From Bacillota bacterium (GTDB lineage Bacteria > Bacillota > DTU065): a stretch of 64,000 nucleotides of DNA. Position numbers and translations under genes: made by a program. Of this stretch, positions 19,687-29,017 are shown in pieces. The DNA lies in NCBI GenBank assembly GCA_028708605.1, contig JAQVYS010000003.1:2436-66435 (forward strand). Reading direction: 5' to 3'. How positions within the stretch are numbered: the stretch's first letter is position 1; each line of letters begins with the position of its first letter. The notes under the pieces are model-generated. The model had not been told where the DNA came from. It saw only the letters and a list, made by a program, of their open reading frames with translations, and searched no databases.

Positions 19687-19710
19687 GCCGCCCCATTTTT
19701 AGGTTTTAGG
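19687..19710 (+). terminator. Partial terminator or attenuator between dnaK and dnaJ
   Basis: GGGGCGG-ttag-CCGCCCC followed by ATTTTT. Confidence 0.6.
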
Positions 19711-19721
19711 AGGTGATAAGT

Positions 19722-20852
19722 TTGAGCGATAGCAAACGCGATTATTATGAGGTATTAGGTGTGTCTAAAGGATCTAATAAGGATGAAATTAAAAAGGCTT
19801 ATCGTAAGCTCGCTAAAAAATATCATCCTGATTTAAATAAAGACAATCCCCAAGCTGAAGAGATTTTTAAGGAAGTAAACGAAGCTTACCAAGTTTTAAG
19901 CGATGACGAGGCTAGAGCTAGGTATGATCAATTAGGCCATGCAGCCTTCGATCAAAGCGCTGGTGGACCTGGACCAGGTGGCTTTGGTGATTTCTTTGGC
20001 GATTTTGGCGATATCTTTGATTTATTTGGTGGTTTTTCAGGTGGATCTAGAAGACGTGGTCCTACAAGGGGGCAGGATCTTTCTACGACACTTGAGATCA
20101 GCTTTGAGGAAGCAGCTTTTGGCACTAAAAAAACCGTAAAATATAGGCGCCTTTCAGTATGTAGAAAATGCAACGGTAATGGGGCAGAGCCTGGAACGCC
20201 AATTGTCGAGTGTTCACAATGTCATGGCAGGGGGCAGATCCAACAAGAAGTTAACACGATCTTTGGCCGTAGCGTAACTGTAAGAACCTGTCCTACCTGT
20301 GGTGGGGACGGGCGCATCGCTAAAACACCTTGTAGTCTTTGTCGTGGAGAGGGCAGAGCCTATGAAAATGAGGAAATAGAAATAAATATTCCTCCAGGTG
20401 TAGATACTGGTAATAGGGTTATTGCCCGTGGTCGTGGGGCTAAAGGAGAGATGGGCGGCGAGTTTGGGGACTTAATCATAAATTTGAAGGTTCGTTCCCA
20501 TGAAATTTTCAAACGTGATGGAGCAAATCTGCTTTTGGATGTTCCCATAACTTTTGCTCAGGCAGCGTTAGGTGATGAGATAGAGGTGCCAACATTAGAA
20601 GGTGTTGAAAACTATAAAATACCCGCAGGTATACAGTCAGGAGAGACTAGACGTATTAGGGGTAAGGGCTTAAATCACCTTAATTCTAACAATAAAGGCG
20701 ATCTGATTTTAAAGATAATAGTGCAGACTCCAAAACGATTGTCTCAAGAAGAAAGAGAACTTTTTGAAAAGCTAAAAGGGATCCAAACCACAGAGAATGA
20801 ATCTAGAAGCCCTTTGGGTAAATTTATCGATCTTTTAAGAGGCAAAAAATGA
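19722..20852 (+). CDS. dnaJ: Co-chaperone DnaJ
   Basis: J-domain ([10 protein letters not shown]...HPD), G/F-rich linker, four CxxCxGxG zinc repeats; the TTG at 19722 is 8 nt after AGGAGGTGA. Confidence 0.9.
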   Translation: MSDSKRDYYEVLGVSKGSNKDEIKKAYRKLAKKYHPDLNKDNPQAEEIFKEVNEAYQVLSDDEARARYDQLGHAAFDQSAGGPGPGGFGDFFGDFGDIFDLFGGFSGGSRRRGPTRGQDLSTTLEISFEEAAFGTKKTVKYRRLSVCRKCNGNGAEPGTPIVECSQCHGRGQIQQEVNTIFGRSVTVRTCPTCGGDGRIAKTPCSLCRGEGRAYENEEIEINIPPGVDTGNRVIARGRGAKGEMGGEFGDLIINLKVRSHEIFKRDGANLLLDVPITFAQAALGDEIEVPTLEGVENYKIPAGIQSGETRRIRGKGLNHLNSNNKGDLILKIIVQTPKRLSQEERELFEKLKGIQTTENESRSPLGKFIDLLRGKK

Positions 20853-20865
20853 GGAGCGAAAGGTA

Positions 20866-21681
20866 ATGAAATGGCTTGAAATCACAGTATTATTTACTGA
20901 AGAGATAAAAGAAGCACTATTAGTTTATCTGCTTGATTTGGATATTCAAGGGGTAATAGAGGAAGAATCAGCTTATAAGTTTTATTTGCCAGAGAATGTA
21001 GATCCGGAAACGATTCTTACAGGTGACTTTGGTTCTTTAACCTATCAAACTCAGCTTGTTGAGGACGAAAATTGGGCAGAAAATTGGAAAAAATATTGGC
21101 ATGCTAACAAAATTGGCCGTTTTGTGATAGTGCCGTCCTGGGAGCAGTATGATAAGAGGTCAGATGAGACTATTATTGATCTTGATCCAGGGATGGCCTT
21201 TGGGACAGGAGCTCACGAAACTACAGCTCTTGTTTTGGAACTATTAGGAGAGGTTTTACCTTTACCAAAAACTGTTTATGATATAGGCACAGGAACTGGT
21301 ATACTGGCAATTGCAGCGGCTAAATTAGGCGCTAAGATATTTGCCTTTGATACCGATCCTTTGGCTGTAGATGCATCTTTGGAGAATGCTAAGAAAAATG
21401 GTGTAAAAGATCAAGTTTTAGTATTTGGAGGCGATCTCTTAGAGGATGAGAGTCTATTTCCTAACGAGACTCCAGATTTAGTGATGACCAATATTATTGC
21501 AGAGGTTATTGTGCAGTTTGTTCCTCTGTTAAAAGAAAAACTAGGCCATTTCACCTGGTTACTTTCAGGGATTATTGTTGAAAGATTGCCACTTGTCCTT
21601 GGTTGCCTCAAAGAACACGGCTTTACCGTAACAAAAAGGATCGATAAGGGTGAATGGGTGGCTTTGGAGGCGAGGATCTAG
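20866..21681 (+). CDS. prmA: Ribosomal protein L11 methyltransferase
   Basis: VIVPSWE...IDLDPGMAFGTGAHETT...DIGTGTGILAIAA SAM-MTase motifs. Confidence 0.85.
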   Translation: MKWLEITVLFTEEIKEALLVYLLDLDIQGVIEEESAYKFYLPENVDPETILTGDFGSLTYQTQLVEDENWAENWKKYWHANKIGRFVIVPSWEQYDKRSDETIIDLDPGMAFGTGAHETTALVLELLGEVLPLPKTVYDIGTGTGILAIAAAKLGAKIFAFDTDPLAVDASLENAKKNGVKDQVLVFGGDLLEDESLFPNETPDLVMTNIIAEVIVQFVPLLKEKLGHFTWLLSGIIVERLPLVLGCLKEHGFTVTKRIDKGEWVALEARI

Positions 21682-22400
21682 TGCAGCAGTTTTTTGTGGA
21701 TCAGATACAAGACCTTACCGAGGTGGTAGGCGAAGAAGTTAAACATATGCATGTTTTAAGACTGAAAAACGGTGAAGAAGTCTATCTTTCAGACGGTAAA
21801 AAACTAGTCAAAGGTATCTTGGAGGATCTTCAAAAAACTCGGGCTAAGTTTAGGGTGATCTGTGAGGTTCCTTCTTCTGAGCCTCCTTATGAGATTACGC
21901 TTTTTCAAGGTCTACCAAAGGCTGATAAACTAGATCTAATAGTACAAAAAGCAGTGGAATTAGGAGTTGCAAAAATAGTCCCTGTACAGACTAGTCGTAG
22001 CATTGTTAAATGGGATGATACTAAAGCCCTAAACAAGGTAAACAGGTTAAACAGAATTGCACAAGAAGCAGCAAAGCAATCTCACAGAGTGATACTACCC
22101 ATAGTTGAGATGCCCGTGAGCTGGCCTGTGTTTTTAGAAAGATGGTTTAAAGAAGAAGGCCTAAAACTAGTGTTTTGGGAAGAAGGTAGTTCTAATCTTG
22201 TTCAGGCATTTGTGGAGACTCCTAAAAAAGTTGCTGTTTTTATTGGCCCTGAAGGAGGCCTATCTAAAGACGAAGTAGACAAACTTCAGGTCCTTACCTA
22301 TACTTTAGGTCCTAGAATTCTTAGAACAGAGACAGCAGGGATTGTGGCTCTAGCCCATTTGATGTTTGGGCTGGAGATGAAAGGAGAGAACTATATTTGA
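21681..22400 (+). CDS. rsmE: 16S rRNA (uracil1498-N3)-methyltransferase RsmE
   Basis: VQQFFVD N-terminus and C-terminal SPOUT fold (IGPEGGLS); the GTG start overlaps the prmA stop (TAGTG). Confidence 0.8.
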   Translation: MQQFFVDQIQDLTEVVGEEVKHMHVLRLKNGEEVYLSDGKKLVKGILEDLQKTRAKFRVICEVPSSEPPYEITLFQGLPKADKLDLIVQKAVELGVAKIVPVQTSRSIVKWDDTKALNKVNRLNRIAQEAAKQSHRVILPIVEMPVSWPVFLERWFKEEGLKLVFWEEGSSNLVQAFVETPKKVAVFIGPEGGLSKDEVDKLQVLTYTLGPRILRTETAGIVALAHLMFGLEMKGENYI

Positions 22401-23677
22401 GGACAATTGCTGCCTACACTCTTGGCTGCAAGGTAAATCAATATGATACAGAAGGTGTCCTCAGTCTCTTTGCAAAGAGGGGCTACAATATTGTTCCTTT
22501 TAATGAGAAGGCTGATGTTTACATTATAAATACCTGCACAGTTACAGCTGAAAGTGATAAAAAATCTCGCCAGATGATTAGACGGGCTAAAGAAAAAAAC
22601 CCAGATGGACTTGTTTGTGTCATGGGGTGCTACACTCAAACTGCAGCGACTGAAGTTAAAGACCTCGGTGCAGATGTCATAGTAGGGACTGCAGGGAGAG
22701 ACAAAATAATCGATCTGGTTGACGAATTTGAGATAGATAAAAAGCCAAAAGTAAGGATCACTGAGCCCGATTTGTTTGAGGATTTACCTGTAACATATCA
22801 CGAAAAAACGAGGGCTTATATTAAAATCGAAGACGGTTGTGAAAACTTCTGTGCATATTGTAAGATACCGTATTCGAGGGGAAAAATTAGAAGTAGAAGC
22901 CCAAGGTCGGTTCTAGATGAAGTTAAAAGGCTCAGAGACTTAGGTGTAAAGGAAGTAGTATTTACAGGAATTCATGTGGGATACTATGGCAAGGACCTCT
23001 CTGGCTGGAATTTAGCAAGGATCCTAAGAGAATCTCTAAAGACTCAAGATATAAGAATCAGATTAAGCTCTTTAGATCCTCATGAAGTAGACGATGAGAT
23101 TATTGAGCTTTTAGATCATCCACGCTTTTGTAGGCATTTGCACATTCCGCTTCAAAGTGGTACAGATAAAATCTTAAAAAAAATGAACCGCAATTATGAC
23201 ACTGAATATTATAGAAATATAATCAATAGACTGAAGCAGTATCAACCTCTTGGTCTAACAACGGATATTATTGTAGGTTTTCCAGGCGAAACAACAGAGG
23301 ACTTTAAAAAAACCTATGATTTTGTCGAAGAAATGGGCTTTACAAAGCTTCATGTTTTTCCGTTTTCAAGAAGAGAGAACACTGCAGCTTATGATATGCC
23401 TTTACAGGTGTTAAAAAAAGAAAAAACTAACCGAGTGAAGGAATTAATTAGTCTTGGGAGTAAGATGATGTTAGACTACCTTTCAAGTCAAATAGGTAGA
23501 AGCGCTCAGGTAGTTGTGGAACAAGAAACTTTAATAAATGGAAAAAGATATTATACAGGCACATCTGAAGACTATATAAAAGTTTTTATTGACAACCCTT
23601 GCACAGGTCTAGTAAATGTTAGGCTAGAAAAGGTTTTTGAAAATGGCATGCTTGGGATTTTGGCAGAAACTGTCTAA
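22397..23677 (+). CDS. mtaB: tRNA threonylcarbamoyladenosine (t6A37) methylthiotransferase MtaB (radical SAM, MiaB-like)
   Basis: YTLGCKVNQYD UPF0004 domain, CAYCKIP radical-SAM cysteines, TRAM C-terminus; position equals B. subtilis yqeV. Confidence 0.8.
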   Translation: MRTIAAYTLGCKVNQYDTEGVLSLFAKRGYNIVPFNEKADVYIINTCTVTAESDKKSRQMIRRAKEKNPDGLVCVMGCYTQTAATEVKDLGADVIVGTAGRDKIIDLVDEFEIDKKPKVRITEPDLFEDLPVTYHEKTRAYIKIEDGCENFCAYCKIPYSRGKIRSRSPRSVLDEVKRLRDLGVKEVVFTGIHVGYYGKDLSGWNLARILRESLKTQDIRIRLSSLDPHEVDDEIIELLDHPRFCRHLHIPLQSGTDKILKKMNRNYDTEYYRNIINRLKQYQPLGLTTDIIVGFPGETTEDFKKTYDFVEEMGFTKLHVFPFSRRENTAAYDMPLQVLKKEKTNRVKELISLGSKMMLDYLSSQIGRSAQVVVEQETLINGKRYYTGTSEDYIKVFIDNPCTGLVNVRLEKVFENGMLGILAETV

Positions 23678-23756
23678 ACATCTAGTGTTTTCTGCAGGAA
23701 TTCATTTCTTCAAGAGAGAATATGTAAAATAATCATGCGTGAGAGGAGGTGTCGGT

Positions 23757-24104
23757 GTGGCTGATGATTGTATATTCTGCAAAATTGCAGAAAAAGCTAT
23801 TCCAAGCACCATAGTCTATGAGGATGAATTAGTTGTAGCTTTTAAAGACAACAACCCACAGGCACCAGTTCATATTTTGTTAATACCGAAAAAGCATATC
23901 AGTACAGTTATAACTCTTACACATGATGATAAAGAGTTAGTCGGTCACATGTTTTTAGTTGCCGCCTCCCTTGCTAGAGAGCAGCAAATAGCCCAAGATG
24001 GGTTTAGGTTGGTAACAAACTGCAATCAAGATGGTGGTCAAACAGTATTCCATCTTCATATGCATCTTTTGGGCGGCCGTTCTCTTACGTGGCCTCCCGG
24101 ATAA
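23757..24104 (+). CDS. HIT-family nucleotide hydrolase (Hint)
   Basis: CIFCKI...HLHMHLLGG histidine triad. Confidence 0.8.
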   Translation: MADDCIFCKIAEKAIPSTIVYEDELVVAFKDNNPQAPVHILLIPKKHISTVITLTHDDKELVGHMFLVAASLAREQQIAQDGFRLVTNCNQDGGQTVFHLHMHLLGGRSLTWPPG

Positions 24105-24155
24105 GTCCTTGGGTTATTCTGTTGTTGTAGAGAAGTTTCGGGGAGGAGGGAAAAT

Positions 24156-24335
24156 ATGGCCGAAGTTAGAGTTGGAAAAAATGAGGATCTTGATCAAGCC
24201 CTCCGACGTTTTAAAACCAAGTGTCGGCGTGCTGGTATCTTCACAGAATCACGCAAGCATGAGCACTACGAAAAGCCCAGCGTGCGTAAGAAGAAAAAGC
24301 GTGAAGAGGCAAGAAAAAGAGGTCGCTCTTTCTGA
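24156..24335 (+). CDS. rpsU: 30S ribosomal protein S21 (59 aa; missing from the ORF track because it is under 60 aa and overlaps a spurious 102-aa ORF in another frame)
   Basis: [59 protein letters not shown]; RBS GGAGGAGGG 6 nt upstream. Confidence 0.9.
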   Translation: MAEVRVGKNEDLDQALRRFKTKCRRAGIFTESRKHEHYEKPSVRKKKKREEARKRGRSF

Positions 24336-24341
24336 TTAGGT

Positions 24342-24375
24342 GGGCTTGCCCCTATTTTGGGGCAGGCCTTTTTTA
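24342..24375 (+). terminator. rpsU rho-independent terminator
   Basis: GGCTTGCCCC-tatttt-GGGGCAGGCC followed by TTTTTT. Confidence 0.7.
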
Positions 24376-24394
24376 TCTCTTTTTTTGAATTAGA

Positions 24395-24421
24395 TGAAAC
24401 CTTTTACATATTATTGACGTA
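24395..24421 (+). promoter_or_regulatory. Sigma-W-type (ECF) autoregulatory promoter, TGAAAC-N17-CGTA
   Basis: TGAAACcttttacatattattgaCGTA located 25 nt upstream of the ECF sigma start. Confidence 0.6.
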
Positions 24422-24446
24422 GAAAGGGGTAGAAGTCGGTAAAACT

Positions 24447-25004
24447 ATGTATAACGATCAAGAACTTGTAAGAATGACCTTAAAAGGTCATAAAGATTCC
24501 TTTGATGAGATTGTTATGCGTTATTCAGGAAAAGTTTATAATTTGAGCCTTAGAATGTTAAGGAATCCTGCAAACGCTGAGGATTTAACTCAAGAAGCAT
24601 TTCTTCGGGCATACAGGTCGCTAGACACCTATAATCCCGCTTACCCCTTTCTTAATTGGTTGTTAAAAATAACCTCCAATCTTTGTATTGATCGGTTAAG
24701 AAGAGAAAGAGATGTCTCTTTTACAGAAACAGACGAGACATTAGATTTTAAATCTCAAGAAACTTATCCTGACCCAGAAAACGCTGTATTGTACAATGAG
24801 AAACTTACAGAGATCGAGAAGGTACTAGTAAGTTTGCCACCTAGATATCAGCTGGTACTTGTCTTAAGGTTTGTAGAGGATCTTAAATATGAACAGATTG
24901 CTGAGATATTAGAAGCGCCAATCGGAACTGTGAAAACCCAGATTCATAGGGCAAGAAAGCTTATCAAAGAACGCTATTTTAGTCTAAACAGCAAAAGCGT
25001 CTAG
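24447..25004 (+). CDS. sigW: ECF RNA polymerase sigma factor (SigW-like)
   Basis: 185 aa; region 2 (LTQEAFLRAYRSL...NWLLKITSNLCIDRLRR) and region 4 (LVLRFVEDLKYEQIAEILEAPIGTVKTQIHRARKLI); promoter motif upstream. Confidence 0.8.
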   Translation: MYNDQELVRMTLKGHKDSFDEIVMRYSGKVYNLSLRMLRNPANAEDLTQEAFLRAYRSLDTYNPAYPFLNWLLKITSNLCIDRLRRERDVSFTETDETLDFKSQETYPDPENAVLYNEKLTEIEKVLVSLPPRYQLVLVLRFVEDLKYEQIAEILEAPIGTVKTQIHRARKLIKERYFSLNSKSV

Positions 25005-25149
25005 ACTTTTGTGGGAATTAAAGAATTCTACTAAACTAAGATTTTCCAAGGCAAAAAGTGTAGAAGTTAGAAAACAGTAGACTGGAAAGGAGGTCTAGGC
25101 TGCATTTGTCTGAGGTCAAAAAGACCATGGATTTTTTGCAGCATCTATC

Positions 25150-25737
25150 GTGAGTACTAACGATCAAACAACCTCTAAATGTGAATATATTAAGACTAAA
25201 CTTGATGATTATGTAGATGGTGAACTCTCGCCATTAGAAGAAAGAGAGGTAAAATCTCATCTTTACACCTGTTTTAGTTGCAGCGAAGAAGCTGAAAAGC
25301 TATTTGTTGTCTCCGAAGCATTGCTAGATTTGGGGGCTTTGCCAAAAGAGACGCAACTAGTTACAAAGAGAGTTCAAAAAGCGGTAAGAAAAGATGGCAA
25401 ATGGTATAAAAAGAAGCGAAAAAAGATCTCTAGCCTAGTTGCAGCTAGTATCGTCTTTGTCTTTTTCTGGTCGTTTTACTGTAGACCCCATACTATACCA
25501 TTTGAGATGGATGGAGATAATGTTGCTTTTCATTCAAGAGGCAAGAATGTTTATGTTGATGGTTCAACTCTCTCTGGTGACTTGACTGTTATTGGTGGGA
25601 ACGTCTATGTTGAAGGACCAATTGACGGAAATGTCACTTCTATAGACGGACGCATTTTGGCTAAGGTAGAAGATGCTAGTATTTTTAGGCAAATGTATGA
25701 GTCGTTGAAGGCAATGTGGAATAGAATCTGGAGGTGA
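25150..25737 (+). CDS. rsiW: Zinc-binding anti-sigma factor (RsiW-like)
   Basis: N-terminal HLYTCFSCSEE (HxxxCxxC ZAS), single TM segment, C-terminal GDLTVIGGNVYVEGPIDGNVTSIDG repeat similar to the RsiW ectodomain; GTG start with no SD. Confidence 0.7.
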   Translation: MSTNDQTTSKCEYIKTKLDDYVDGELSPLEEREVKSHLYTCFSCSEEAEKLFVVSEALLDLGALPKETQLVTKRVQKAVRKDGKWYKKKRKKISSLVAASIVFVFFWSFYCRPHTIPFEMDGDNVAFHSRGKNVYVDGSTLSGDLTVIGGNVYVEGPIDGNVTSIDGRILAKVEDASIFRQMYESLKAMWNRIWR

Positions 25738-25742
25738 AAGCT

Positions 25743-27029
25743 TTGAAAAGAAAAATCCCTAAGGTAATTCTATCAGTTATCATTAGTCTAATGGTTGTAA
25801 TACCAGCGTTTGCGGATGTATATCTAATTCCTATTAAAGGTGATATTGACTTTGGGGTAGCAGGCTTTGTAGGTAGAGCTCTAAAAGAGGCTGAGAGATA
25901 CAAAGCTGATGTAGCGATCTTTGAAATCGATACCTTAGGTGGGCGAGTTGATGCTGCCCTAGAGATAAGAGACAGTATTATGAACGCAACTGTTCCTACA
26001 ATAACATTTGTTTCAGGTAGAGCGTGGTCTGCTGGAGCCTTAATTGCACTTTCAGGGGAAGAACTCTATATGGTAAAAAGCAGTAGCATTGGCTCTGCTG
26101 AGACCATTCCTAAAGAGGAAAAAACGATTTCAGCTGTTCGCAGGGAATTCAAGGCTACAGCTGAAGCTAGAGGTAAAGATGGTAGAATAGCCGAGGCTAT
26201 GGTAGATAGTGACGTAGAGATACCTGATTTAAGTCCCAAAGGAAAAATTCTTAATCTTACAGCTATAGAAGCTACAGAGGTAAAAATCTCTGATGGCATC
26301 GTAGTAAACCTTAATGATCTATTAGAACAAAAAGGTTTTACACATGAAGATATAGTCAACAAACAACCATCTGGAGCAGAAAAGTTTGCCCGGTTCTTGA
26401 CTGACCCTGTTGTAAGTTCCCTACTCCTTACTATTGGGTTTTTGGGGATAATTCTTGAGTTTTTTACTGCTGGTTGGGGAGCAGCTGGAACCGTAGGTAT
26501 CATCAGTTTGGCTTTGTTTTTTGGTGGACGATATCTTACAGGTTTAGCAGGCCTAGAGAATGTAGTGTTATTTATAGCAGGACTCATCTTTTTGATACTA
26601 GAAATCTTTGTTATTCCCGGTTTTGGTATTGTAGGGATATTGGGAATAGCAGGCATTTTTACAAGTATTGTTTTAAGCTTTGAGAACTTTGCGCAAGCTA
26701 TTTGGGTATTAGTTGCCGCAATTGCTCTTACGGCTTTAGCAATAAAGCTTTTGTGGAAAAGACTTAAAAAAGCTCCGATTATGAAAAAGATTATACTTGA
26801 AGCAAGTCTAGATGATCAAAAGGGGTATAGCGCGTCTTCCAACAAACTAAAAGAGCTTGAAGGAAAAGATGGCATTACGGTAACTGTAATGAGACCTTCT
26901 GGTATGGTTGAAATTGAAAGTAGACGCTATAGTGCCCAGACTGATGGTGAATTTTTAGAAAAAGGCATTCGAGTTAGAGTAGTAGAAGTTCAGGGTAATC
27001 GTATTGTTGTAGAAAGTATTAAAGAATAA
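25743..27029 (+). CDS. nfeD: NfeD-family membrane serine protease (YqeZ-like)
   Basis: Signal peptide, ClpP-like domain (FEIDTLGGRVDAALEI...GRAWSAGALIA), TM bundle, C-terminal OB domain; the TTG at 25743 is 8 nt after GGAGG, and the in-frame GTG at 25734 overlaps the rsiW stop. Confidence 0.8.
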   Translation: MKRKIPKVILSVIISLMVVIPAFADVYLIPIKGDIDFGVAGFVGRALKEAERYKADVAIFEIDTLGGRVDAALEIRDSIMNATVPTITFVSGRAWSAGALIALSGEELYMVKSSSIGSAETIPKEEKTISAVRREFKATAEARGKDGRIAEAMVDSDVEIPDLSPKGKILNLTAIEATEVKISDGIVVNLNDLLEQKGFTHEDIVNKQPSGAEKFARFLTDPVVSSLLLTIGFLGIILEFFTAGWGAAGTVGIISLALFFGGRYLTGLAGLENVVLFIAGLIFLILEIFVIPGFGIVGILGIAGIFTSIVLSFENFAQAIWVLVAAIALTALAIKLLWKRLKKAPIMKKIILEASLDDQKGYSASSNKLKELEGKDGITVTVMRPSGMVEIESRRYSAQTDGEFLEKGIRVRVVEVQGNRIVVESIKE

Positions 27030-27057
27030 GCTAATCGGAAGTATAGGAGGGTAAAAT

Positions 27058-28041
27058 ATGGGAGTTTTAGGTGTTGTCATTCTAGTTATTGTTTTAATTG
27101 TGATCATTGTGATCTTTTCACTTGTGCCAGTCGGTCTTTGGATCTCAGCGCTTGCAGCCAATGTTCCCGTATCTCTAGGTTATCTAATTGGTATGCGTCT
27201 TAGAAGGGTTCAACCAAATGCGATTGTTCTGCCTCTTATAAAGGCCAGAAAAGGTGGTTTGAGTGAAGTCGCCCTCGATCAGCTCGAAGCCCACTATCTA
27301 GCTGGAGGTAATGTAGACAGAGTCATCGATGCCTTAATTGCTGCAAGACGTGCAGATATTGACATGAGCTTTGAACGTTGTACTGCGATTGATCTTGCTG
27401 GGAGAAACGTTCTAGAAGCAGTACAGATGAGTGTTCAACCAAAAGTTATTGAAACTCCTCTAATCTCTGCTGTAGCTAAAAATGGTATTGAACTAAAGGT
27501 TAAAGCTAGAGTTACAGTCCGTGCAAATATTGATAGGCTAGTCGGCGGTGCTGGTGAAGAGACAATTATCGCTCGTGTAGGCGAGGGTATTGTTACAACT
27601 GTAGGTTCTTCAAAAACCCATGAAGACGTGCTTGAAAACCCAGACAGCATCTCCAAGACAGTCTTGACTAAAAGTTTAGATGCTGGAACTGCTTTTGAAA
27701 TTCTGTCTATTGATATCGCAGACGTCGATGTAGGTAAAAACATCGGTGCGCAGCTCTCTATAGATCAAGCAGAAGCAGAGAAAAATATTGCCCAAGCAAA
27801 AGCTGCAGAAAGGCGCTTTGCTGCTCAAGCTGTAGAGCAAGAAATGAGAGCTAGAACTCAAGAGATGAGAGCGAAGGTAGTTGAAGCTGAAGCTTTGATT
27901 CCTGAAGCAATGGCTGAGGCCTTTAGGGCAGGTAAACTTGGTGTCATGGATTATTATAATATGCAAAACATTTTGTCGGATACTAAGATGAGAGAGTCAT
28001 TAGCTCAATCTACAGAAAAACCGAGCGAACAGAACAAATAA
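27058..28041 (+). CDS. floA: Flotillin-like protein FloA (YqfA)
   Basis: N-terminal hairpin anchor, SPFH domain, EA-rich C-terminus; follows nfeD as in B. subtilis. Confidence 0.85.
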   Translation: MGVLGVVILVIVLIVIIVIFSLVPVGLWISALAANVPVSLGYLIGMRLRRVQPNAIVLPLIKARKGGLSEVALDQLEAHYLAGGNVDRVIDALIAARRADIDMSFERCTAIDLAGRNVLEAVQMSVQPKVIETPLISAVAKNGIELKVKARVTVRANIDRLVGGAGEETIIARVGEGIVTTVGSSKTHEDVLENPDSISKTVLTKSLDAGTAFEILSIDIADVDVGKNIGAQLSIDQAEAEKNIAQAKAAERRFAAQAVEQEMRARTQEMRAKVVEAEALIPEAMAEAFRAGKLGVMDYYNMQNILSDTKMRESLAQSTEKPSEQNK

Positions 28042-28056
28042 AAATGAGGTGATTCT

Positions 28057-28512
28057 GTGGAGTTTGTAGGTCTTCTTATCGTGATAATTTCCATGATCGC
28101 TTCAATTGTAGATAGTCAAAACAAGAAAAAACAAAAAAACAGTGGAAGACGAGGTCAACAGCCAGATTGGAAAAAGCTTTTTCAGGAAAACCCTAGTAAG
28201 TTAGAGAAAAAGCCTCAGCCAGTCAAAGTTCCTGATATTAAGCAGGTGGTTGAAACCATAGAGGTTAAATCGACTGCAAAACCAATGCAGCTAGTACAGC
28301 AAGTAAAAGACGGGACTAGCGACTATGTAGACTTGAACCTTCAAGAAGGAGACGAATCTCTCAAGCCTGTAAAGGTCAGTGTTGAACTCGCAGCAAAACA
28401 ACAAGAGGAGCATCTAGATGAATATACGGATGCGACATTTCTAAGAAAAGCGATTATTGCCAAGGAGATTATTGACAAACCGAGAGCCATTAACCCTTGG
28501 CAGAGAAGATGA
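28057..28512 (+). CDS. YqfB-like small membrane-anchored protein
   Basis: 151 aa with an N-terminal TM segment and a charged tail; third gene of the nfeD-floA operon by position. Confidence 0.55.
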   Translation: MEFVGLLIVIISMIASIVDSQNKKKQKNSGRRGQQPDWKKLFQENPSKLEKKPQPVKVPDIKQVVETIEVKSTAKPMQLVQQVKDGTSDYVDLNLQEGDESLKPVKVSVELAAKQQEEHLDEYTDATFLRKAIIAKEIIDKPRAINPWQRR

Positions 28513-28534
28513 TCAGGTATATATGGTTTGTCAA

Positions 28535-28571
28535 AGTAGCATCAGCCTTTGAGGCTGGTGCTACTTTTTTG
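28535..28571 (+). terminator. Rho-independent terminator ending the sigW-rsiW-nfeD-floA-yqfB unit
   Basis: AGTAGCATCAGCC-tttgag-GGCTGGTGCTACT followed by TTTTTT. Confidence 0.75.
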
Positions 28572-28741
28572 TGTTTAAGTAAGCTGATCCTCAAGTTTTA
28601 TTATATAGGTGCAATTAAAGATTAAAACCATATTCTAGTCTTTAGATGGTTATGATCTGAATTTCTGTTTGGTGAAACTAGATAAGCATCTTCTAAGATC
28701 CGTAGATTTCGAATAGATTTAGTATCTAGGGAGGGATTAGA

Positions 28742-29017
28742 GTGCAGAGGATTTGGCAAATACTTCATAAAAAACTAGAACTACCACCAGAGTTAATTGG
28801 CAAAGAACCAAGAGTAGCATTTTATCCCGGTCAAAAGCGCGTTATTATCGATAATCCCTGTCGAATTCTCAAATACGAAAATGGCAAGATAGTGGTTAAT
28901 ATAGCTTCTGGCAACTTGATTTTAACTGGTAGAAATCTCAAGCTTAATATTTTATTGCCAGACTCTTTGGAGGTAATAGGAGAACTACTGCAACTTGAGG
29001 TGGAGAAAGATGGCTAA
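28742..29017 (+). CDS. yqfC: Sporulation protein YqfC
   Basis: 91 aa; pattern and position before yqfD; GTG start after AGGGAGGG. Confidence 0.7.
   Translation: MQRIWQILHKKLELPPELIGKEPRVAFYPGQKRVIIDNPCRILKYENGKIVVNIASGNLILTGRNLKLNILLPDSLEVIGELLQLEVEKDG

Noticed and set aside
24031-24339. 102-aa track ORF downstream of the HIT gene
   Set aside because: It is in a different frame from, and fully overlaps, the unmistakable rpsU (S21) coding sequence at 24156-24335. It is an artefact.
26066-26656. 196-aa antisense ORF inside nfeD, and similar antisense or off-frame ORFs (1298-1492, 3439-3699, 3745-4101, 4752-5117, 9360-9644, 10999-11265, 37835-38194, 49913-50332, 51638-51928, 53558-53923, 58599-58928, 59722-60126, 62571-63071)
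   Set aside because: All lie within well-supported genes on the opposite strand or in another frame. They have no RBS and low-complexity or Pro/Ser/Arg-rich translations typical of spurious antisense frames.
28669-28700. Second TGAAAC...CGTA (sigma-W-like) motif upstream of yqfC
   Set aside because: The spacer is 22 nt instead of 16-17. This is not a functional ECF promoter geometry.
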